IMG/VR virus record: IMGVR_UViG_3300032239_000353
Span: 1-25,745 of that record
Direction: 5' to 3' (one strand)
DNA length: 25,745 bases
From: a virus
Lineage: Duplodnaviria; Caudoviricetes
Every line of letters starts with the position of its first letter. Within the stretch, counting starts at the first letter, position 1. The notes under the pieces were generated by a model that ran no database searches, was not told the origin of the DNA, and saw only the letters and a program-made list of their open reading frames with translations. Positions 10,001 to 17,027 of the stretch are shown here, one piece after another. The translations under genes were made by a program, and so were the position numbers.

Positions 10001-11873
10001 CATTTGGCGATACCGCTGATTGAGTTGAAGCATCTATAATTTTTTTAGCTTCAGCATTGTCTGTTGGTGGTGTTTCAGCAGCTCCGCAATCACAAAGTTG
10101 ACAGTCAGGATAACTAATATTTGGTAAAGAAATTTTTATAAAAGGATTTCGTAATGAATCAAAGATATCACCAAAAGACGCTGGTTGTTTACAATCTAAA
10201 TTAATACCAGGTAAAAGATTTATCGCTTTACAAATACCAAAGACAATCCAAGCAATTACCTCATAAACAAATGTAATCAATGCTTGGAGTATTGGCCATA
10301 TAAATGCCAATACGTGAACAATTGGTAATAGTGCTAACAATGCATAATAGTTTATTGGAAGTAATATATTCAATAAAAATACTAAGAAATCAAAACTTTG
10401 AACCCCATCTGTTGCTGGAAATTTATTGTTTTCACTAGCACATGAACTATCAGTAATCTCTTTAATACCAATAAATTTAGACCTGTTAAAACCTTTTTTA
10501 TACTCATCATAATGTTGAGCAACAGTATAGACTTTATTATAGTCCATTTCATAAAAAGTATCTTTACAAGCAATTGCATCGGCTTGGTTTGTATATCCAC
10601 TCCAATCAGTTCCAAAATAATAAGAACCTATGAATTTTTGATAGTTTGTATCACCAGTATTTGTAATGTATGCTGGGTCATTATCTGAATTAACCCAACC
10701 ATATTCTTTAATGTTTGGTACCAAGAAATAACCACGTCTAATTTCTTGTGTTTCAAAATTAGTTGGTTGTGTATATTTTACCTTAAATCTATATTTTCCT
10801 TTTGTTGGAATTCCAACTGTTGGGTCTTGACTAAATACTTGCTCTCCAAATTCATTTGTCGTGACATAATTCAAATTCATTGGTACATCTAAAACCCAAG
10901 TACCATCACCATCAATAACTTTTCCACCTTGTGGTAACGTACCTTGTTCCAAAATTGGTCTTCCTTGAGTATCCTGACGTATTGTTTGTCTTACACTTAT
11001 AATTTCACCAGGTCCAACGGATAAGTTACAAAGATTACCCATATCTCTTGGCGGCTTACAATTTTTCTCAACGGATTCATCATTAATACCTGTAACCAAA
11101 GAACCCATGAATATAGCACTTGGTTGGATATTAATTCCAACACTTCTTAAATCAAAATCATTTCGAGCAATATTAATTTGACAAACTTCAGGTTGACCCC
11201 AAAATGGATTAACATTTACACTTTGATTAATTGTAACAATTTGTGGTAATGAATATAAATTTGTAGATGACTTAAAATTAACACCGTCTAATTGGTCGGC
11301 ACTTGCTCTACCCATACGGATTAAATCTTGTGGTGATTGTGAAAAAGGACCTATGTCCGATAAGTCACAATCCATAACTAAAGTGTGAGCTCCAACTGGA
11401 ACCCCCATAATCATATAGTCACCACTTCCGTTTGTCTTTACTGTGAACTTGTAATATTTGTCATAAACCTCAATTACGGCTGGATTTGTTAGAACATCAT
11501 TTCTTGTTGGGAAAGTTCCTGTTGGTACGTGACCTGTGTGTTGTGATTCATATGGTAATAAATTATATCTGTATCCATCTTCATTCACATCACTTAATGA
11601 TGTATAAGGATATAATGTTGATATAATCTCGTTGTTTGAATCTTCTTCAGTTAAAGGTACAAATACCGAAACTTTTACATTTGGAACCCCATAACCACCA
11701 TTAGCAACCACACGACCAACTACAACACCGTAATCGGCACACATTCTTGTGTAAACATCTTCAGACCTTACTTTCAAAGAAAGTATCTCAAGTTGTTCAA
11801 AATCTTGGTTTAATTGAATATTGATTTCTCGGTCAATCCCAACCTGTGTTTTTAATCTAATTGTTTCAGGCAT
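7068..11873 (-). CDS. Very large putative virion protein (1601 aa) with an N-terminal carboxypeptidase-regulatory-like/prealbumin-fold domain and an internal hydrophobic segment
   Basis: GVVVGRVVANGGYGVPNVKVSV...KTNGSGDYMIMGVPVGAHTLV fits the CarboxypepD_reg-like pattern; ~55-residue hydrophobic stretch near aa 494-548; many Cys; directly downstream of the gp6-like gene. Confidence 0.75.
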   Translation of the reverse strand: MPETIRLKTQVGIDREINIQLNQDFEQLEILSLKVRSEDVYTRMCADYGVVVGRVVANGGYGVPNVKVSVFVPLTEEDSNNEIISTLYPYTSLSDVNEDGYRYNLLPYESQHTGHVPTGTFPTRNDVLTNPAVIEVYDKYYKFTVKTNGSGDYMIMGVPVGAHTLVMDCDLSDIGPFSQSPQDLIRMGRASADQLDGVNFKSSTNLYSLPQIVTINQSVNVNPFWGQPEVCQINIARNDFDLRSVGINIQPSAIFMGSLVTGINDESVEKNCKPPRDMGNLCNLSVGPGEIISVRQTIRQDTQGRPILEQGTLPQGGKVIDGDGTWVLDVPMNLNYVTTNEFGEQVFSQDPTVGIPTKGKYRFKVKYTQPTNFETQEIRRGYFLVPNIKEYGWVNSDNDPAYITNTGDTNYQKFIGSYYFGTDWSGYTNQADAIACKDTFYEMDYNKVYTVAQHYDEYKKGFNRSKFIGIKEITDSSCASENNKFPATDGVQSFDFLVFLLNILLPINYYALLALLPIVHVLAFIWPILQALITFVYEVIAWIVFGICKAINLLPGINLDCKQPASFGDIFDSLRNPFIKISLPNISYPDCQLCDCGAAETPPTDNAEAKKIIDASTQSAVSPNADFFNTSNWNSTDTNIQSAFAGIGYSDQTKKLPIYKINNSGYNFVNNLPIWETINKFNLKSKYFDSDVYAGSNRIKVVVEPKLNGTNPNLFHYDNVMALIVDPGVQETFKVGQLLSFQQALLSKDPNPKAPTTGTTTGVTGTTIQGKTITVNYVDPSSQTNKSVTYSLSGATTASTVSYKFATDIEYFQVITGTTYDEFITNNSNTLGSSLKNQIDQQIKLFKNQGVDGADPYFDYLSQWLGGSLGIIFLVRGVDPHSGRKRIKYDLSRIFGHNTWGNVTIENDFFLNIPVQVGLTNVRHNQFNNNTENHSGYLYYNSYTFTAGTQYSSYTSNLQSYYSSLDVTQINVFQPTTTGSTTLTSSMVQVGTSGELLAKQVTPSGVGYYGNEYIEGGSYIWYGNYATVNTVDNDNNNGVLPQFYYAPAYPLHDMTMYSQRMVMRSDRLPTGTQPEITGNNHYAGQTSVSLTYSLITDNGNAATVSSASGAGGVNPTNNPDVTTGGTVNKVIESFSCAGMVDLNCYINQNGEFIVLPNTNNCNTNVGGQVLINGCYRLVNKPILSLLPLDSNHGNSDYVLLSQWLERFRMNFAICRGVLSHTFVNSWLNGSLFAFPFESSVFFDKNNKPYNRKVSTNIITGQPQVNYLYCGDLLVFEPKSSNFYYRSSPYDGTKFVGSRASTSFSQPVNTKDLLFPTTILDMGPKYIWQSEVNKTPNYFGYQMNKFNSTTWSDDSGLLQLFIVSRLVNQNFLQRIISGIFGVGGVGALFSRDEDRVDGDFAQMLQINSQYGVTPFTAENYPDDPNVTGDNPIYVSQDSLGDPVFGVFFSGFTADRDLISPRRIDRTLTGTTLIADYLGTKSQEVPFFKWANNAWISGEPSIFGNQNNSWYTYGGNPTVESKKYQEFDRRLKPFFQGNNNLLQNAYGYIYQRNPDGTYNIKASTPTNDYTLTSAPWYFYFGLKKGKSAMDKYVQQYLGTETNV

Positions 11874-11888
11874 CCTGTTCTTTTATTG

Positions 11889-11895
11889 ATAAATA
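11889..11895 (-). promoter_or_regulatory. TATTTAT candidate phage (late) promoter element upstream of the 1601-aa gene
   Basis: Minus strand ACTATTTATC ending ~15 nt before the ATG at 11873; the same 7-mer precedes three other genes. Confidence 0.45.
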
Positions 11896-11946
11896 GTTTA
11901 TATACTATTTTCTAAATAATAAGAAGGGATATTGTAAAATAAATCA

Positions 11947-13788
11947 TCAACTAAATGTAGTTGTCTGATAATTCTTAACTCTAACTACGATATCTTTAGA
12001 TGGGAATCTAATTTGATAGATTTGACTTGGTTCCGCAAAGATTGTGTTATCGGTTAAAGATATCTTCTTTGTAGCAGCATCTGAGTAAGGCATCGATGTT
12101 TGTGCTGAACTATATTGTCCACCAACTTTTCCGTAAATTGAAAGGTCCGTCAAACTGACAACACCATTTTCAGCTTGTATAAGTCTACTTAATTCTGAAA
12201 GAACAATATTTTCACCTAAACCTCTAACACCAGGACTAAAGAATGTAGTTACTCTATCAATTATATTTGAAATAACAACACCCGAATTTTGTGCAGAATC
12301 TAACACAACAGAAACTTCAACTCCCAAGTCGATAACCTGAGCACTACCAATGGTAACGTAATCATTAATCATTCTGTAATTTGACAAATATTCTGCTAAG
12401 TTTTGTTTTAATGTTTGTGATACATCAGAAGTTAATGTACCGCTAGCATCGTATGATAAAATCTGAACATTAATCTTGTTATTGTTTTCTGTAATAGATA
12501 CTTTAGCAGGTGCACCAAACTCACCAGGCATGTTTCTTATAATTGCCTCATAGTCATGGATTGTAACCGCTCTGTTTTGTGCCGCAAAGTTAAACGTTAC
12601 ATAATTTCTAACTTCTTCTGTTGATGGATAACCTGCCCCACCAATTGCCGCAGTTACGTTATTACAAGTTAATGAATTAATTACTTGGTTGTTAATTATG
12701 TCTGATGGACCAACAACTGAAAAATCAACAGCACCTATTTGTGTAATAGTATTAATACCCAAATTTGTTGCCAAACCACCACCGATTCTATACTGAATAA
12801 ACATTGTGGTATTTGCTTGTGGTGTATTACCCAATGACATTGAGTTGTTTTGATATCTTTGAATTTTCAAAGGAACGTCTAAAGTTGTGAATTGTCTTAA
12901 TTGGTCTTCAGCAGTGTTGGTTCCTCCACCAAAAGTTATTTTCATAAAACCTTCAGGTGTATATTCTGTAATGAATCTATCTTGTGTTTGAATATAAGTT
13001 CCAACTTTAATGGCTGGGTCATCAGATGGTTTTGATGGGTCGGCAATAAACACTCTATCCTCAGCAAGTGCTGGTACTTCATACCATCTACCAACAGGAT
13101 TTAAGAATTCTTGAGCTGTCGGTACATTTGAATAAGCGGTACCTTCTCTCTGAATAATTGATGTTACACCTAATACATTTTTTTCAGGTAAGAAAAATTC
13201 AAAGAAAGGTCTCACATCATTTGGTGTGATAACTCTTTTAAATACCTTTGTAATACCATTAACAACAGTTTCTCTTTTTGTTATTGTATAGTTAACAAGG
13301 TTGTTATTGGCATCAAAGTTTGGAATCTTCAATCTATTTGGAAAACCATCTTGGTTAAATGGTGATGCAAAATTAATATCATATATTGTTTCAAATACTT
13401 GACCAGCACCATTTACCTGACTACCACGTCTTAAGATACCCAAATATCTTTCATCTTCTTTATCACCAAAAGCAGGTACCGTAATTGAAAAATCAACCAA
13501 AGCAACTGATGGTCTTTGACCTGGTATTTTTAATCCGTAAGTTCTTGCAATGTTATAGATTGATGAACGTTGTTGAGCGTATTGAAGAACTGTTTCTTGA
13601 ATACTTCTATCAATATGATAATGTAAATTATCTGCAACGGCTGCGTTCAAATCCAAGAATACTGAAAATACCGAAGCGTCGTTGAAGTTGTCAATTAATT
13701 CTGGATAATACGTTCTCGTATAATTGATAAGTTCCTGACGAATTGCTTGGAAATCCCTTACCGTGTATGAAATCTTTCTTTGAGCCAT
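11947..13788 (-). CDS. Baseplate wedge subunit, T4 gp6 / P2 gpJ family (613 aa)
   Basis: N-terminal RDFQAIRQELINY...AQQRSSIYNIARTYG; ITFGGG; YRIGGG; AAIGGAGYPSTEEVR...FAAQNRAVTIHDYE, the typical baseplate-J/gp6 core. Adjacent to a gp25-like gene. Confidence 0.92.
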   Translation of the reverse strand: MAQRKISYTVRDFQAIRQELINYTRTYYPELIDNFNDASVFSVFLDLNAAVADNLHYHIDRSIQETVLQYAQQRSSIYNIARTYGLKIPGQRPSVALVDFSITVPAFGDKEDERYLGILRRGSQVNGAGQVFETIYDINFASPFNQDGFPNRLKIPNFDANNNLVNYTITKRETVVNGITKVFKRVITPNDVRPFFEFFLPEKNVLGVTSIIQREGTAYSNVPTAQEFLNPVGRWYEVPALAEDRVFIADPSKPSDDPAIKVGTYIQTQDRFITEYTPEGFMKITFGGGTNTAEDQLRQFTTLDVPLKIQRYQNNSMSLGNTPQANTTMFIQYRIGGGLATNLGINTITQIGAVDFSVVGPSDIINNQVINSLTCNNVTAAIGGAGYPSTEEVRNYVTFNFAAQNRAVTIHDYEAIIRNMPGEFGAPAKVSITENNNKINVQILSYDASGTLTSDVSQTLKQNLAEYLSNYRMINDYVTIGSAQVIDLGVEVSVVLDSAQNSGVVISNIIDRVTTFFSPGVRGLGENIVLSELSRLIQAENGVVSLTDLSIYGKVGGQYSSAQTSMPYSDAATKKISLTDNTIFAEPSQIYQIRFPSKDIVVRVKNYQTTTFS

Positions 13789-13793
13789 TTATG

Positions 13794-14255
13794 TTAAATA
13801 TTGATAATAACAAAATCTTTTGAATTAAAAACATCATTACTGATAGAATAATCAATTCTCACTTTTGCGGTATATTCAGATACGTTCTGATTTGGTATAG
13901 TTAATTCGGGATTTACAATATTACCTGCGGTGGTTACAGTAGCTCCAGCGGCTTCACCTGTTGGTGATGTAATTGAAATGTTTGTCAATTGTAGTTGTGG
14001 CATAAACTTTTCAACCGAGTCTCTGATTTCAGATTCTATATTTCTAAATGTTGGTCCATCTAATGGTTCAAAAATGTATTCATATAATCTTGTACCAAAA
14101 TCTGGTAAAAAATATCTTGACCCTTTTCTCGTTAATAATAAATGAATTAAATTACTTCTGATTTCCTCAGCAGCATAATCCGTTAAGTCCAAATACTTTC
14201 CGTTGAAAGAATCTACGAAGGGGAAACTTAAACCGTATGTTTTACCATTAGCCAT
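13794..14255 (-). CDS. Baseplate protein, T4 gp25 / P2 gpW family (153 aa)
   Basis: IRSNLIHLLLTRKGSRYFLPDFGTRLYEYIFEP matches the gp25 signature (LL.T..GER...P.FG..L...LFEP). Confidence 0.92.
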   Translation of the reverse strand: MANGKTYGLSFPFVDSFNGKYLDLTDYAAEEIRSNLIHLLLTRKGSRYFLPDFGTRLYEYIFEPLDGPTFRNIESEIRDSVEKFMPQLQLTNISITSPTGEAAGATVTTAGNIVNPELTIPNQNVSEYTAKVRIDYSISNDVFNSKDFVIINI

Positions 14256-14454
14256 TGTCTATAAATATAGTTGTGTTTCCTTTTTTGTGAGCAGGAAAAA
14301 AAGGACAGTGTCTACAACCTGAACCACAACAATGTCCTCGTTTCAAATGGTATTCTTTAGTGAAGACATATTTTCCATCTTCAATATAAAAATCATTATT
14401 GTTCTTGGGTGACCCATTTGGTTCTCTCAAATATGGAATATCCGTTTCGGTCAT
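14248..14454 (-). CDS. Small Cys/His-rich protein, DUF5522-like (68 aa)
   Basis: FYIEDGKYVFTKEYHLKRGHCCGSGCRHCPF matches the HLxRGxCCGxGCRHCPY pattern I recall for DUF5522; 8-nt overlap with the gp25 start. The start is uncertain because of a 59-nt overlap with the methyltransferase. Confidence 0.75.
   Translation of the reverse strand: MTETDIPYLREPNGSPKNNNDFYIEDGKYVFTKEYHLKRGHCCGSGCRHCPFFPAHKKGNTTIFIDNG
14261..14267 (-). promoter_or_regulatory. TATTTAT candidate promoter element upstream of the gp25-like gene
   Basis: Minus strand ATATTTATAGACAATG; the motif lies in the 3' end of the Cys-rich gene, 5 nt before the ATG at 14255. Confidence 0.4.
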
Positions 14455-15043
14455 CTAAATCTTCAAATATTAATTCAAAATCAGAATCATTTAATAATTC
14501 TTCTCTCACTCTTTTACACTTATGTATATTAACATCATCTAAAACAATTATATTTGTTTTATCTTTTAATTTTAAGTATTCAGGATATGTTGTGTACTCA
14601 CCACCATCTAAAACCAACAAATCAATAATGTTTGGTAATTCTGTTAAAACATTTTTAGATTCTTTCAAATATTTCATATCTTTTTCATACCATAAACGAG
14701 CGTGTTCATCTGTTGAGAAATTGATTGTATTATGGTCAAACCAAAAAACATCATTATATTCAATAATCTTACCATTCAATAATATAATATTTGGTGTCAA
14801 ATATTTAGATAAATTAATTAAAGAATATTTATACATATTAGGATATAATTCAATTGACCACATTTTTTTTGTGTCATCCATTCCATCAATTATACATATT
14901 GTACTACCAAGACCATGAAAAGTACCAACATCAACAATGGTTTTTACGTCTTTGCGTTCTGTTAAATTTTTAATGTGTTTACCAAGATTTTGTTCTAAAG
15001 TTATTTGTCCAACAAAATTTAAATTTTTTTCAATTAATTCCAT
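14396..15043 (-). CDS. Class I SAM-dependent methyltransferase, Methyltransf_24-like (215 aa)
   Basis: Motif I TIVDVGTFHGLGST, second-strand acidic MWSIEL, IDLLVLDGGE and IIVLDDV; no DPPY/NPPY or PC motif, so not a DNA methyltransferase. Confidence 0.75.
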   Translation of the reverse strand: MELIEKNLNFVGQITLEQNLGKHIKNLTERKDVKTIVDVGTFHGLGSTICIIDGMDDTKKMWSIELYPNMYKYSLINLSKYLTPNIILLNGKIIEYNDVFWFDHNTINFSTDEHARLWYEKDMKYLKESKNVLTELPNIIDLLVLDGGEYTTYPEYLKLKDKTNIIVLDDVNIHKCKRVREELLNDSDFELIFEDLDDRNGYSIFERTKWVTQEQ

Positions 15044-15077
15044 TTAATAAAAATGATATTTTTTAATCAATAGTAAA

Positions 15078-15115
15078 TAAAAAGAAGAAGGGGAAAGTTA
15101 TTCACTTTCCCCCTC
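15078..15115 (-). terminator. Rho-independent terminator downstream of the RNR gene
   Basis: 9-bp stem: + strand ggggaaagt 15090-15098 and actttcccc 15104-15112, 5-nt loop; followed on the minus strand by TTCTTCTTTTTATTT. Confidence 0.85.
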
Positions 15116-15139
15116 AATAGATGTTTTTATATTTTTTCT

Positions 15140-16999
15140 TTATTTAATTTCACAAGCTCCACCAGCACAAGCCAATTCACCACTTAAATCTGTGTTGTCT
15201 TGTAATTCAACAACTTTTGATAAATCAATTGAGTTAAGTTTAGAGAACAATCTGTCGTACTCTTCTTTCGTACAATCTTCAAATGGTGCTTGAATATAAC
15301 TTCCACCATCATAAGGTAATACTGATAAACCATTGTAAAAGTCACGGTTTTCCCACATCCACTCACCAGCCAATTCCCAATCTTCATTTTTCAAACTGAT
15401 TGTTGCTGATACGTTGTGTGTGTTTGAACCTGTTCTGTGACCAGGTCTTACCCACTCTTGTGTGATTTTCTTAACACGGTCCAACAATTGGAATGGAGAT
15501 TCTGTTCTCAAAATCGCTCCGTCAGGAGATTTTTGTGGAACTGAAATAACTGCCGTGTCGTGTGGACGGAAAAATTCATCTTCAACCAATTCAGGGTGAT
15601 ACATTGCCAAGTATTGGTAAATTGCTTCGTTCTTACCAACACGGACTCTACGGATGTAGTAATCGTTGTGCCATGCGTGGATACCTGAAGATGTTCCCAA
15701 TGTAAGAGATGTTGTCCCAGCAGGTTTTACAGTAGTTGTACGAGCCGACTTGTTAACACCAATCAACTCAGCAACTCTTGCATTTTCTTCTTTAACAAGT
15801 TTTGCAGCTTCTTTCATGTTATAACCCAATACAACACCTGAACCGATACCTGTCATAGATACACCAATTAACGCTTCCTTTTCAGTTGTACGTTTCCATA
15901 CATCTCTCAAGTAATGGAAATCAGTATAACCTGCTTGAAGTGTTCCGATAAATGCCGCTGCTTTAACACGGTTGTTCAAATCTTCTTGTGATTCAATGTC
16001 AGAAACATTTACCTCACATAAGTTACAGAATTGGTTTGGTCTCAATGCAATTTCACAACATGGATTAGTTCCCCAATCTTTATCGTTTGTGAAGTAGATA
16101 CCAGGTTCACCTGCTCCTGATGCTTCAACACGTTTCCATAAATCCATGAAGAATTCTTTTGTGATTTTGTGTCTAACCAAAGCCGCTGAATTGTTAGCTC
16201 TTCCTCTTTGTGGATTTGTTTCCCACCAAGCACCTGACTTACAAGCAATCATCTCGTTGTCGTCAGCTGAAAATAAAGAAATCAAAGCCGCTCTACGAAT
16301 ACCACCTGCAAGAACTGCGTCTGCGATGTGACATACCATATCATGAACTTCAATTGGTGATAATTTTTCACCATCTTCTTTAGCATCCAACATACCTTTT
16401 AATTTGTGAATACAATCTTTCAAAGGTTGAGGACCTGGTGCTTTACCACCTGATGTTACAAGTTGAGCCCCTTTTGGTCTAACGTCTGAGAAATCAAACT
16501 CAGGTGTTGATAAGTGTTCACCGAAGTAAGACTTCATTAATACTTTAATTGCGTCAGCCCAACCTTCAATAGAATCACCAACCAAGAATCTTCTTGTTCT
16601 ATTTGGGTTAGGTTTTCTAATTTCAGGAAGTTTTTCTACGTGGTGTTTTTGAACTGAGTATCCAACACCAGTTCCACCCAACAACAAGAACATTGTTTCT
16701 GAGAATGCGTCCAAGTGGTCAATAGGAAGGTAAGCACAGTTGTAAATTCTGTTTGGAGAAATCTCAATTGGTTTACCACCAAATTGCATTGACCTCATTG
16801 AAGGTAATACTTTTTTATCGTACACATACTGATATACTTCCACGATTTCACCAGCGATTTGTGGGTATTTCTTGATGTGCATGTTCATGTTTCTTGTTAC
16901 CAATTCTTCCCAAGTTTCTCTTCTTTCCAACTCAGGGATGAATTTTGCGTACTTCATGTAGACAGTTAGGTCTGACAATATCTTTTGTGATGCGTCCAT
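15140..16999 (-). CDS. nrdJ: Class II adenosylcobalamin-dependent ribonucleotide reductase, monomeric RTPR type (619 aa)
   Basis: YNCAY, GGIRRAALISL, GTNPCCEI (thiyl-radical NPCxE), CNLCEVN, TTVKPAGTTS and C-terminal ACAGGACEIK redox pair; no ATP cone and no adjacent nrdB gene. Confidence 0.92.
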   Translation of the reverse strand: MDASQKILSDLTVYMKYAKFIPELERRETWEELVTRNMNMHIKKYPQIAGEIVEVYQYVYDKKVLPSMRSMQFGGKPIEISPNRIYNCAYLPIDHLDAFSETMFLLLGGTGVGYSVQKHHVEKLPEIRKPNPNRTRRFLVGDSIEGWADAIKVLMKSYFGEHLSTPEFDFSDVRPKGAQLVTSGGKAPGPQPLKDCIHKLKGMLDAKEDGEKLSPIEVHDMVCHIADAVLAGGIRRAALISLFSADDNEMIACKSGAWWETNPQRGRANNSAALVRHKITKEFFMDLWKRVEASGAGEPGIYFTNDKDWGTNPCCEIALRPNQFCNLCEVNVSDIESQEDLNNRVKAAAFIGTLQAGYTDFHYLRDVWKRTTEKEALIGVSMTGIGSGVVLGYNMKEAAKLVKEENARVAELIGVNKSARTTTVKPAGTTSLTLGTSSGIHAWHNDYYIRRVRVGKNEAIYQYLAMYHPELVEDEFFRPHDTAVISVPQKSPDGAILRTESPFQLLDRVKKITQEWVRPGHRTGSNTHNVSATISLKNEDWELAGEWMWENRDFYNGLSVLPYDGGSYIQAPFEDCTKEEYDRLFSKLNSIDLSKVVELQDNTDLSGELACAGGACEIK

Positions 17000-17027
17000 T
17001 TTGTTTAATTATAATTTTTTTTGTTTG

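Noticed and set aside
11947-14255. Bacterial contractile injection system (eCIS, T6SS or tailocin) as the source of the baseplate genes
   Set aside because: Co-oriented with gp32-like SSB, UvsX-like recombinase, gp41-like helicase and RNR, with no host genes, which fits a phage genome.
14409-14918. 169-aa plus-strand ORF
   Set aside because: Antisense shadow of the methyltransferase; Ser/Phe/Ile-rich with no motif, and all credible genes are on the minus strand.
14396-15043. Methyltransferase as part of a restriction-modification or defence system
   Set aside because: Lacks DNA methyltransferase catalytic motifs and has no adjacent nuclease or specificity gene.
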